Shown: piece by piece, positions 15,298 through 22,896 of the stretch
Layout: every line of letters starts with the position of its first letter
Numbering within the stretch: the first letter of the stretch is position 1
IMG/VR virus record: IMGVR_UViG_3300029118_000008
DNA length: 53,152 nt
Reading direction: 5' to 3' (one strand)
From: a virus
Made by a program: the position numbers and the translations under genes
The notes under the pieces: generated by a model
Seen by the model: the letters and a program-made list of their open reading frames with translations, nothing else
Database searches by the model: none
Told to the model about the DNA's origin: nothing

Positions 15298-16605
15298 ATG
15301 GACGCATACATCAACGAGGACGCGGAAAAGAGCCTGATTGGGCTTGCAATGCAAGACGCAATCGTGGCGCAGGAAGTTGCCGCACTGCCTGATGCACTCT
15401 TTGGCTTAAAGCAGATGCAAGCCTGTCAGCGCGGAATCATGCGACTTGTGAAGCAGGGGAAAAACGTTGACCTTGTGACGCTGGATGCAGAAGTGCAATG
15501 CGACTTCCAAGATACCGCACTCTTGATGCAATGCGTTCAAATGGGCATTTCACCCATCATGTCGCGGCAGTACATAGCGATTTTGGCGGAGTGCGCGAAA
15601 CGCCGCGAACTTGCGACGCTGGCGCGAAAAATCCTGCAAGATGTAGGAAATCCGGGCGTGTCGGTTGCAGCGCTGCAAGCGGATTGCGCGGCGGCGGCAC
15701 AGTCGTCAACCGCTGGCAACGACGGGGTGACGATGCACGAAGCGTCGCTCATGCTTGCGAATTCTTTCGACAAGAAAGATGGCGTGACATGCGGAATCGC
15801 AGACCTTGACGTAATGCTGGGCGGCTTCAAGCCGGGACAGCTAATCTACATCGGCGCACGTCCGGGTGTCGGCAAAACGTCGCTGGCTATCTGCATGGCG
15901 AAGTACGTTGCGGAGCACGGCGGCGGGGTGCTGCTTGTGTCGCTGGAAATGAACCCGGTTGAAATTGCGGCGCGTTTCATGGCGAACGAATCAGGCGTGG
16001 ACTTGCAGAAAATCTCCACAGGCAAGATGGAATTAGAGGATTTCGCGCAGATTTCGCCCTGCTATCAGGTGCTTGCAGATTTACCAGTCACCATCGAGGA
16101 AAGAGCGGTCACGCCATTGCAAATACGCAACGCGGCAGCGAAGATGAAGGCAAGCAAGCAGGGATTGAGCCTGATTGTGGTTGATTATATCCAACTCATG
16201 CGAGCCGACGAGAAATGCGGAAACCGCACGGAGGAGGTGACGCAAATCAGCCGCGAATTGAAGCTGATGGCGATGGATTTAGGCGTTCCGCTGTTGTGCA
16301 TGACGCAGTTCAACCGCGAGAGTGAGAAGGGATTCGGCAAATCGACAAGAAGCGAGCCGGATATGTCACAAGCGCGAGACAGCGGCGCGATTGAGCAGGA
16401 CGCGAACGTGTTTCTCATCCTACACGAGCCAGAAGAACCGCAGGACGCGAACAGCGACAGATGGCAGATGTACCACAATTGCCAAGCGAACGGGTTGACG
16501 TGGCAAACGTGCCGAATCAGGAAGAATCGAAACGGCGCAACGGGGCTTGTGCATCTGGGCTTCGACAAGCCGCACATGCGGTATACTTGCCTAAAAAAGG
16601 ACTAA
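15298..16605 (+). CDS. dnaB: Replicative DnaB-family helicase
   Basis: Walker A GARPGVGKTSLAICMA. DnaB C-terminal motifs LIVVDYIQLM, SRELKLMAMDLGVPLLCMTQFNRE and RDSGAIEQDANV. Confidence 0.9.
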   Translation: MDAYINEDAEKSLIGLAMQDAIVAQEVAALPDALFGLKQMQACQRGIMRLVKQGKNVDLVTLDAEVQCDFQDTALLMQCVQMGISPIMSRQYIAILAECAKRRELATLARKILQDVGNPGVSVAALQADCAAAAQSSTAGNDGVTMHEASLMLANSFDKKDGVTCGIADLDVMLGGFKPGQLIYIGARPGVGKTSLAICMAKYVAEHGGGVLLVSLEMNPVEIAARFMANESGVDLQKISTGKMELEDFAQISPCYQVLADLPVTIEERAVTPLQIRNAAAKMKASKQGLSLIVVDYIQLMRADEKCGNRTEEVTQISRELKLMAMDLGVPLLCMTQFNRESEKGFGKSTRSEPDMSQARDSGAIEQDANVFLILHEPEEPQDANSDRWQMYHNCQANGLTWQTCRIRKNRNGATGLVHLGFDKPHMRYTCLKKD

Positions 16606-16625
16606 GTTAAGGAGGAATAGGCGTA

Positions 16626-16820
16626 ATGCGAGAAAAACCAAAACCTTGCCCGAATTGCGGAGGTAAGTATGTGGAAATGTTGTGTGTATTCTTCGGCGGT
16701 AACGGTTTCGAGGTAAGATGCTCGGACTGTGGCTATATCGGTGAGCTTGGGAAAACAAGAGCCGCAGCCGTGAAAGCGTGGAACAACAACGAAGGGAGAA
16801 AGAAGAATGCAGGATTATAA
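16626..16820 (+). CDS. lar: Lar-family restriction-alleviation protein
   Basis: PKPCPNCGG...VRCSDCGY...TRAAAVKAWNN matches the Lar zinc-ribbon pattern. Confidence 0.6.
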   Translation: MREKPKPCPNCGGKYVEMLCVFFGGNGFEVRCSDCGYIGELGKTRAAAVKAWNNNEGRKKNAGL

Positions 16821-16898
16821 GTGGAAGGACGCTTCTGGCTGCGGAAGCCGACGAAAAACGAGCAGGAAAACACGCCGTGGGAGGACGAAGGAAGATGA
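16821..16898 (+). pseudogene. 25-codon remnant of the WxxKPTxxE...PWE tail, in frame directly after the lar TAA stop
   Basis: My translation: VEGRFWLRKPTKNEQENTPWEDEGR*. It matches the C-termini of 13171..13449 and 16895..17164. Its end supplies the SD and the ATGA for the next gene. Confidence 0.4.
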
Positions 16899-17164
16899 AT
16901 GAGAACAAAAACCGTGTGCTGTCCCTTGCAGAGCTTGCGGTAAGCGCAGGAACGCTCGTATGGATTGAAGATAATAACGGAGACGACGAGCCGTGCGTCC
17001 GTGCGCGAATGGTAACGTACTGGGAAAGTAAAAGCCACCGCATGTATTTCGACGGCGGACGCACGTGGTACGCCGATTACACCTACGGCGAGACGTGGCG
17101 CTGCTGGATGCGGAAGCCGACGGAGAAAGAAATGGCAAACGCACCGTGGGAGGAAAAGTCATGA
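16895..17164 (+). CDS. Hypothetical protein, paralogue of 13171..13449
   Basis: MNENKNRVLSLAEL...YGETWRCWMRKPTEKEMANAPWEEKS. Confidence 0.55.
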   Translation: MNENKNRVLSLAELAVSAGTLVWIEDNNGDDEPCVRARMVTYWESKSHRMYFDGGRTWYADYTYGETWRCWMRKPTEKEMANAPWEEKS

Positions 17165-18036
17165 GCAGAAAAACAAAGATAGATTGGGCAGACAGCACAT
17201 GGAATCCTGTAACTGGTTGCCGGCACAGCTGCGAATACTGCTATGCGCGAAAGATTGCGGAGCGGTTCGGCGGCGTGTATTACGAGGACGAGCTGCCAAA
17301 CCGCTGGGGTGAATATGAGTGCGAACGCCTACACGCAGATGGAGACTTACATGAGCTTGATTATCCGCTCAAGAATTACGGAAATAACAAAATAGCCCCG
17401 TATCCCTTTGAGTTCGACCCCACCTTCTACCGCTACAAGCTGGATGAGCCGCAGCGCTGGAAAAAGCCACGCACCATCTTTGTGTGCAGTATGGCAGACC
17501 TGTTCGGCGACTGGGTTCCAGATGAATGGATTGCGGAAGTATTCATGGCGTGCGAAGCCGCGCCGCAGCATCGGTATTTGTTCCTGACAAAAAATCCAGC
17601 CAGACTGTGCAAAATGGCGAGCGCCTATAAAGTAAAGCGCTGGAATGAAACGCATGGAGGGAAGACACATCCGCAGACGGCAGAATACGCGCATACGCTC
17701 GTTCTCCCAAGCCATGAAAACTGGTGGTTTGGAAGCACGCTGGACAACAAAAATGCCAGAAGATTCCAAGGGGATAACCATTTTCACACGTTTACGAGCA
17801 TTGAGCCGCTAACCGAGGACATGGACGTTGGGCTTGGTTCTTTCGGCTCGGACGAATGGGTAATCATCGGCGCAGAAACGGGCAATCGAAAAGGCAAGAT
17901 TACTCCAAAGCGCGAATGGGTTGAAAATATCGTCGAAGCCGCACAGATTACTGGCATGAAGGTGTTCATGAAAGAGAGCCTTCGCGAACTTATGGGAAAC
18001 GACTTCCGGCAGGAAACGCCCTGGGAGGGAAAATGA
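17161..18036 (+). CDS. Phage Gp37/Gp68 (DUF5131) radical-SAM-like protein
   Basis: Characteristic start KIDWADSTWNPVTGCRHSCEYCYARK with a CX3CX2C motif. ATGA overlaps on both sides. Confidence 0.7.
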   Translation: MSRKTKIDWADSTWNPVTGCRHSCEYCYARKIAERFGGVYYEDELPNRWGEYECERLHADGDLHELDYPLKNYGNNKIAPYPFEFDPTFYRYKLDEPQRWKKPRTIFVCSMADLFGDWVPDEWIAEVFMACEAAPQHRYLFLTKNPARLCKMASAYKVKRWNETHGGKTHPQTAEYAHTLVLPSHENWWFGSTLDNKNARRFQGDNHFHTFTSIEPLTEDMDVGLGSFGSDEWVIIGAETGNRKGKITPKREWVENIVEAAQITGMKVFMKESLRELMGNDFRQETPWEGK

Positions 18037-18758
18037 CGTTAGGCAGTCTTTTTGATGGGAGCGGAGGTTTTCCTCTTGCGGGGGCGCTCTCCGGAATCCG
18101 CCCGGTCTGGGCGGCGGAGGTGGAGCCGTACCCCATTGCGGTGACGCGCTCCCGCTTTCCCATGATGCAGCACCTCGGCAGCGTGACCGAGGTGCATGGC
18201 GACAAGGTACAGCCGGTGGATGTGATTACGTTCGGAAGCCCTTGCCAAGACCTTTCTGTTGCTGGCAAGCGCGCAGGCATCCATGACGGTCAGCGCTCGA
18301 ATCTGTTTTTTGAAGCAATCCGAATTATAAAGGAAATGAGGGCAGCAACTAATGGACGGTATCCAACTTTCGCTGTTTGGGAAAACGTGCCCGGAGCCTT
18401 CTCTTCAAACCAGGGAGAGGACTTCCGATGCGTCCTCCAAGAGTTTGTTGGAATCTGCGGGAACGGCACAGTACCTCGACCTGACAAAGGCAAATGGAAA
18501 TCAGCCGGAGAGGTCGTGGGCGACGGATACAGCGTCGCGTGGCGGCAACTCGACGCGCAATACTGGGGAGTGCCCCAGCGTCGCAAGAGAATCTACCTTG
18601 TGGCAGATTTTGCAGGCGGACGCGCCGGAAAAATACTATTTGAGCGCGAGGGCCTGCAAGGGCATCCTGCGGCGTGCGGAACGACGGGGCAAGGCGCTGC
18701 CGCCGATGCTCCTGGAAGCGCTGGAGGAAGCCGTGGCATTGAATGCTGGAAACGTTAA
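18033..18758 (+). CDS. dcm: DNA (cytosine-5) methyltransferase, N-terminal catalytic part (motifs I, IV, VI, VIII)
   Basis: LFDGSGG (I), GSPCQDLS (IV), WENVPG (VI), QRRKR (VIII). After ~18660 the frame decays into A/G-rich sequence and stops at 18758. Confidence 0.8.
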   Translation: MTLGSLFDGSGGFPLAGALSGIRPVWAAEVEPYPIAVTRSRFPMMQHLGSVTEVHGDKVQPVDVITFGSPCQDLSVAGKRAGIHDGQRSNLFFEAIRIIKEMRAATNGRYPTFAVWENVPGAFSSNQGEDFRCVLQEFVGICGNGTVPRPDKGKWKSAGEVVGDGYSVAWRQLDAQYWGVPQRRKRIYLVADFAGGRAGKILFEREGLQGHPAACGTTGQGAAADAPGSAGGSRGIECWKR

Positions 18759-19509
18759 AAGCGCGCAGCAGCCGAATTGCGTCTGCTATCCGCAGGTTGC
18801 CCGGACGCTGACGGCAGAAGCGGATGCGTCCACCTGCATCGACCGTGGCCAGAACGTTGTGTGCTACGACGCATGCGGGAACGGCGACGGGGCGCACTGC
18901 CAGACGTTGACCGGTGACCACGAGAACCGCGTGACGGATTACACGGCGGTCACAGTATATCGCAGCCCGAAAATTGGAGAGTATGCCGCTGATGGCACAG
19001 CATCCACAATGGCAGCGCGAGATTTCAAAAGTCCTCGCGATTTGGTTGTCGAACATACTCCCGTCTACGGCATGGACTGCCGAAACGCCGTATTGGACGA
19101 AGAAAAAACGCACACGCTGCAAGCCAAGGCGAATGGCGAACAAAGCCTGAACTGTACGCCCAGCGTTTTGATGGACGGAAGGCCGCCGCGCAAGTACATC
19201 ATCCGCCGCCTGACGCCGCTGGAATGCTGCCGCTTGCAGGGCTTCCCCGACGGGTGGGGCGTCCCCGACCACAAGGACAGGCTGTCAGAGGAAGAGCTGG
19301 CGTTCTGGCAAGGAGTGCGCGACACTTGCTCGCTCATCGCGGGCAAACCGTCCAAGAAATACAGCGCGGAAACGCTGACCAAGTGGTATAACGCCCTGCA
19401 CACGGATAGTGCAGAGTACAAAATGTGGGGCAACGGCATCGCACTTCCATGCGCGGCGTTCGTGTTGGGCGGCGTCGCCGAAACCCTGATGGAGGAAAAG
19501 CAAAAATGA
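18352..19509 (+). CDS. dcm: DNA (cytosine-5) methyltransferase, target-recognition + C-terminal part (motifs IX, X), in the +1 frame
   Basis: PEKYYLSARACKGILRRAERRGKALP, RRLTPLECCRLQGFPDGW (IX), WGNGIALP (X). The true N-terminus is unknown: a frameshift junction or a TTG start at 18598. Confidence 0.7.
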   Translation: MDGIQLSLFGKTCPEPSLQTRERTSDASSKSLLESAGTAQYLDLTKANGNQPERSWATDTASRGGNSTRNTGECPSVARESTLWQILQADAPEKYYLSARACKGILRRAERRGKALPPMLLEALEEAVALNAGNVKSAQQPNCVCYPQVARTLTAEADASTCIDRGQNVVCYDACGNGDGAHCQTLTGDHENRVTDYTAVTVYRSPKIGEYAADGTASTMAARDFKSPRDLVVEHTPVYGMDCRNAVLDEEKTHTLQAKANGEQSLNCTPSVLMDGRPPRKYIIRRLTPLECCRLQGFPDGWGVPDHKDRLSEEELAFWQGVRDTCSLIAGKPSKKYSAETLTKWYNALHTDSAEYKMWGNGIALPCAAFVLGGVAETLMEEKQK

Positions 19510-20048
19510 AAAAGTACGAACTGACAGGCGAAACAAAAGAAATCGGCGGAAAGATTCTGCATCGCATCCGTGCGCTGATTGATATTCCGGAGCACGACGT
19601 GAAGGCTGGTGACTTGGGCGGCTGGATTGAGGCGGAGAAAAATCTGTCGCAAAACGGCGCAGCGTGGGTAACTGGCGAGGCGTTGGTGATGGGTTCGGCG
19701 CGCGTGATGGATTCGGCGTGGGTGATGGGTTCGGCGCGCGTGATGGGTTCGGCGCGCGTGATGGATTCGGCGCGCGTGATGGATTCGGCGTGCGTGATGG
19801 GTTCGGCGCGCGTGATGAAGTCGTCTGACTGCATCACCATCGGAGCAATCGGAAGCCGTGACGGCACAACCACTTTTTACCGTTGCGAAGATGAGAAAAT
19901 ATACGTTTCCTGCGGATGCTTCAGCGGCTCGATTGACGACTTTGCCGCAAAAGTCAAGGCAGTCCACGCCGGGACGAAGCACGAAAGGACGTATCTGCTG
20001 GCAATCGAACTGGCGAAGGCGCAGCTTGGGACGACGGAGGAGGAGTGA
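19506..20048 (+). CDS. Hexapeptide-repeat (left-handed beta-helix / bactofilin-like) phage protein
   Basis: MKKYELTGETKEIGGKILHRIRAL..., then eight (G/D)SA(R/W/C)VM hexapeptides. Confidence 0.6.
   Translation: MKKYELTGETKEIGGKILHRIRALIDIPEHDVKAGDLGGWIEAEKNLSQNGAAWVTGEALVMGSARVMDSAWVMGSARVMGSARVMDSARVMDSACVMGSARVMKSSDCITIGAIGSRDGTTTFYRCEDEKIYVSCGCFSGSIDDFAAKVKAVHAGTKHERTYLLAIELAKAQLGTTEEE
19686..19817 (+). repeat. In-frame 18-nt tandem repeat (7 full units plus a partial one)
   Basis: gtgatgg(g/a)ttcggcg(c/t)g(c/g) units begin at 19686, 19704, 19722, 19740, 19758, 19776 and 19794. Confidence 0.9.
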
Positions 20049-20053
20049 TAATT

Positions 20054-20389
20054 ATGGGAAAATTGCAAGATGAGATTGTGACGGTTGTGTTTTCCGAACT
20101 TCTTCGAGCGCAGAAAGAGCATGGAGAGACGTTTAACTCCATGCCGGAGGCGTTTTCCGTCATCTGGGAGGAAATCGAGGAGGCGAATGAAGAGATGCAG
20201 CGTGTTCGGCAAAAGGCAAATGACGTGTGGCTGGCAAATCGCCGGGATGATGCAGATGCGTTTCAGGTACGCGCGAGCAAAACAGCAGCGGCAGCTACAC
20301 TGCTGGCTTGCGAAGCTGTGCAGGTTGCTGCTATGTGCATCAAGGCGCAGAGAGGAGGTGCAGCATGGTCGAAAGGCAAGAATGGCTGA
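20054..20389 (+). CDS. All-alpha hypothetical protein (possibly a MazG-like NTP pyrophosphohydrolase)
   Basis: EHGETFNSMPEAFSVIWEEIEEANEE resembles the EExxE metal-binding helix of MazG-type proteins. ATG at 20054 lies 8 nt after GGAGGAG. Confidence 0.35.
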   Translation: MGKLQDEIVTVVFSELLRAQKEHGETFNSMPEAFSVIWEEIEEANEEMQRVRQKANDVWLANRRDDADAFQVRASKTAAAATLLACEAVQVAAMCIKAQRGGAAWSKGKNG

Positions 20390-20523
20390 ACGCAATGACA
20401 ATTTGCCCGGTGTGCAACGCAGTGATGAAGCTATACACTACGATTGATGTTCAGGGAGGCGCATGGGTAAAATGTACAAATCCAAAGTGCGGACTACATG
20501 GCGTTCTATTTATGCCGATGTAA
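20365..20523 (+). CDS. Small zinc-ribbon protein
   Basis: CPVCNAVMKLY...VKCTNPKCGLHG. ATG after GGAGG. Confidence 0.4.
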   Translation: MVERQEWLNAMTICPVCNAVMKLYTTIDVQGGAWVKCTNPKCGLHGVLFMPM

Positions 20524-20882
20524 TCCCGACGGAGGATGAAGAGCAGGAAGCCCTTTTCCGCTGGGCGGAGGCTCAAAGCGCAACGAAGCCGTGGCTGAAA
20601 GGGATGTTCGCCATCCCGAACGGCGGTTATCGCGCCAAAGCAACCGCCGCGAGGATGAAGCGAACCGGGACGCGTGCAGGAGTGCCGGACATCTTCCTGC
20701 CCGTCTCCAACGGTCGCGAACACGGGCTTTTTATCGAAATGAAGCGGCGCAAGGGCGGGACGGTATCGACATCGCAGAAGGTGCGCATGAAGATGCTGAC
20801 TGCCGAGGGATACCGCTGCGTTGTGGCGAAGGGATGCCAAGAAGCGATTGATGCGATTATGCGATACATGAACGGAGAGTGA
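20463..20882 (+). CDS. VRR-NUC domain nuclease
   Basis: EEQEALFRWAE...FAIPNGG...GVPDIFLPV...GLFIEMKRRKGGTVSTSQKVRMKMLTAEGYRCVVAKG. Confidence 0.8.
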   Translation: MGKMYKSKVRTTWRSIYADVIPTEDEEQEALFRWAEAQSATKPWLKGMFAIPNGGYRAKATAARMKRTGTRAGVPDIFLPVSNGREHGLFIEMKRRKGGTVSTSQKVRMKMLTAEGYRCVVAKGCQEAIDAIMRYMNGE

Positions 20883-20886
20883 GACA

Positions 20887-21168
20887 ATGGTGGACACCGA
20901 CGACATCCGGTACTCTTTTTGGCTGGAGAAAGAGCTGGAAAAGAACGTCAAGCGGCTTGCAGGGAACGTTTCGCGCGGATGCAAAAGCCGCCACGATGCC
21001 TACAAAGTCAGGGCGACGCAGGACGCAATCAGGCGGCTAAACGGCGAAAAGGAGGCAAACGGAGCAATCGAGAAGGTACAAGATATGCTGTACACGGAGC
21101 TAATGAGCGGACAGATTCGCCCGGCGCTGTATACAGCGATTGTAAAGGCGTTTGAAGGGGTAAAATAA
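20887..21168 (+). CDS. Hypothetical protein
   Basis: 93-aa ORF co-oriented with its neighbours. No motif found. Confidence 0.45.
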   Translation: MVDTDDIRYSFWLEKELEKNVKRLAGNVSRGCKSRHDAYKVRATQDAIRRLNGEKEANGAIEKVQDMLYTELMSGQIRPALYTAIVKAFEGVK

Positions 21169-21194
21169 TCGTGTGGCGGTTGCGGGAGGGGAAA

Positions 21195-21590
21195 ATGGTT
21201 GACTTAAAGCGGATGCGGTATCTCATCAGGCGGTATCCTATGGCTTGCTTGCGAGCGGAGCAGGCGCGAATCCGGGCGCAGAAGCTGACGCGGACAATAA
21301 GCGACGCGCCGCGCGGGGGCGGGAGCATGAACAGCACGGAGGAAGGGCTGCTGTATCGCGTCGAGGCGCTTGAGCGCAAGAAAGCAATCTGGGACGAGTT
21401 GTGCAAGATGCGCGAAGAGCTTGCGCCGCTGGTGGATGCGCTGGAAAGTCCGTTGGAAGTGCAGTGCATGAGGATGCGATATCTGGAGGGAAGGAGTGTC
21501 CGGGAAATCAGCTACAATCTGGCGTATTCCGAGCAGCACGTCTTCCGCGTAATTGGTAACGCAGAGCGGGAAATCCAGAGCGCGGAATAA
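21195..21590 (+). CDS. Sigma-70 region-4-like late transcription regulator (ArpU/RinA-type)
   Basis: C-terminal RMRYLEGRSVREISYNLAYSEQHVFRVIGNAEREI resembles a sigma region-4 HTH. It is the last gene of the early/middle block. Confidence 0.55.
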   Translation: MVDLKRMRYLIRRYPMACLRAEQARIRAQKLTRTISDAPRGGGSMNSTEEGLLYRVEALERKKAIWDELCKMREELAPLVDALESPLEVQCMRMRYLEGRSVREISYNLAYSEQHVFRVIGNAEREIQSAE

Positions 21591-21595
21591 GGCGG

Positions 21596-21625
21596 TCGCG
21601 CATCGAAAGGTGCGCGATTTTCTTT
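21596..21625 (+). terminator. Rho-independent terminator
   Basis: TCGCGCA-tcgaaagg-TGCGCGA followed by TTTTCTTT. Confidence 0.7.
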
Positions 21626-21739
21626 GCAAAAATCGCAAAAAAATGTGATTTGCCCCTTGACATATACGGTAGTATATGCTATAATAAATAGTGTCAAGGG
21701 GCGGTAAAAAAGAACCCCGGACAGAAAGAGGTAAGAAAA
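21623..21739 (+). promoter_or_regulatory. Cassette copy 1: A-tract upstream element + perfect promoter + conserved 5' leader hairpin + SD
   Basis: tttgcaaaaatcgcaaaaaaatgtgatttgcc. TTGACA at 21657-62, N17 (containing CATATAC-N4-GTATATG), TATAAT at 21680-85. Leader atagtgtcaaggggcggtaaaaaagaaccccggacagaaagaggtaag. Confidence 0.7.
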
Positions 21740-22051
21740 ATGGAAAAAACTCGTAAGTTGGACGTAGAAAGTCAGTACGACCATTTCGTTGTGGAAATCG
21801 AAGTCGTTGACGGAGTTTGCGATGGCTATCGCAGTTTTATCGCCGCTTGTGACGGCGCTTATTACGACGGAAGTTCCTATAAATACGACGGAAGTTCCTA
21901 TAAAGAAGCAAAAGCGATGTATGATAAACTCGCCAAATACGAAGACGGCATACATGGTGCCGTTATTTTGATAGCGCACAACATCGAGTGCGATGATTGG
22001 GATACGCTGGAAACAAACGAAATCAATGATGTTTGTCAGGACGAAGAATAA
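21740..22051 (+). CDS. Small acidic orphan protein with an internal YDGSSYK duplication
   Basis: 103 aa, D/E-rich, ending ...CDDWDTLETNEINDVCQDEE. First gene behind cassette copy 1. Confidence 0.6.
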   Translation: MEKTRKLDVESQYDHFVVEIEVVDGVCDGYRSFIAACDGAYYDGSSYKYDGSSYKEAKAMYDKLAKYEDGIHGAVILIAHNIECDDWDTLETNEINDVCQDEE

Positions 22052-22140
22052 CCATGCACCCGCCCGGAGGTACGAGGGCAAAAGGAGGAAATGCGCAATG
22101 CTTTGCAACCAGAAGGATTTTGTAAACCTGCGTAGACTAT

Positions 22141-22223
22141 TTGACATATACGGCAGTATATGCTATAATAATAGTGTCAGAAGGGCGGTACAAAAAAAGC
22201 CCCCGACAGAAAGAGGTAAGACA
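22141..22223 (+). promoter_or_regulatory. Cassette copy 2: perfect promoter + conserved leader
   Basis: TTGACA at 22141-46, N17 (CATATACGGCAGTATATG), TATAAT at 22164-69. Leader aatagtgtcagaagggcggtacaaaaaaagcccccgacagaaagaggtaag. Confidence 0.7.
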
Positions 22224-22649
22224 ATGACTGATAAAGCAAAAAGCGCGGCGCTGTTTGAACAGCACCGCCAAATGACCAAGGCGTGGGAAGCGCAAATGGA
22301 CGCACTCGCCAAAGAAGAAAGCATCACCGACGAGGAATACGAACAGAAGCTCATGGAGCTTTACAATCAACACAAAGAAAAAGCGGATGCGGTTTGGCTG
22401 AAAGCGTTTGCACTGCGATTTCCGAAGCGCAAGGGCTGGTTCGCGGACGTTTTCGCGCCTTCGTTCGGGATTTGCGAAAACAAGAAACTTTCGCCGAAGC
22501 AAACACAAGTGTTCATCGACTACTGCATCAGTGATGCGGATACATGGCGGAATGGCAATACGTACTGCCGGTTTGGAGACAAGCTGGTAACGCTCACTCG
22601 CCCGCGTTACGCAAATGGATGCGGGTACGTTACAATAAGGCAACTGTAA
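22224..22649 (+). CDS. Orphan protein (141 aa)
   Basis: ATG at 22224 lies 6 nt after the conserved AGAGGTAAG. The longer ORF-track reading (from 21993) would run through the promoter. Confidence 0.6.
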   Translation: MTDKAKSAALFEQHRQMTKAWEAQMDALAKEESITDEEYEQKLMELYNQHKEKADAVWLKAFALRFPKRKGWFADVFAPSFGICENKKLSPKQTQVFIDYCISDADTWRNGNTYCRFGDKLVTLTRPRYANGCGYVTIRQL

Positions 22650-22841
22650 ATGAATGGAAGGGAAAACACAGTGATGCTGACGCTGACGAAGGAAGAATAC
22701 AGAGAGCTTAAAAAGCATGGTCATCTTGAAAAAAATGGTTTCGTGTACAGCCACATTGCAACGCTGGACGGGAAAATGGTCGCAGTCTGCGAAAGAGCAA
22801 ATGATTTGGACTACATCGTAGAGGTGAAGCGTGAAAAGTAA
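22650..22841 (+). CDS. Small hypothetical protein (63 aa)
   Basis: Starts immediately after the previous stop. Confidence 0.45.
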   Translation: MNGRENTVMLTLTKEEYRELKKHGHLEKNGFVYSHIATLDGKMVAVCERANDLDYIVEVKREK

Positions 22842-22896
22842 CAGCTTGCAAAATCAACCATCATATGCTACAATATCCCCGAAAGGGGTTGTGGCA

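Noticed and set aside
19686-19817. Tandem repeats considered as a possible CRISPR array
   Set aside because: The units are 18 nt and directly abutting with no spacers. They are in frame within a CDS, and there are no cas genes anywhere in the window.
19065-19982. Minus-strand ORF with HHARR(I/T) repeats
   Set aside because: It is the antisense reading of the 18-nt hexapeptide repeat of the + strand gene 19506-20048. The + strand gene has an ATGA-coupled start and a recognisable family N-terminus.
21993-22649. 218-aa ORF-track reading that begins upstream of cassette copy 2
   Set aside because: It would read straight through a perfect promoter and the conserved leader. The ATG at 22224 sits 6 nt after the conserved AGAGGTAAG SD, exactly as in the other cassette copies.
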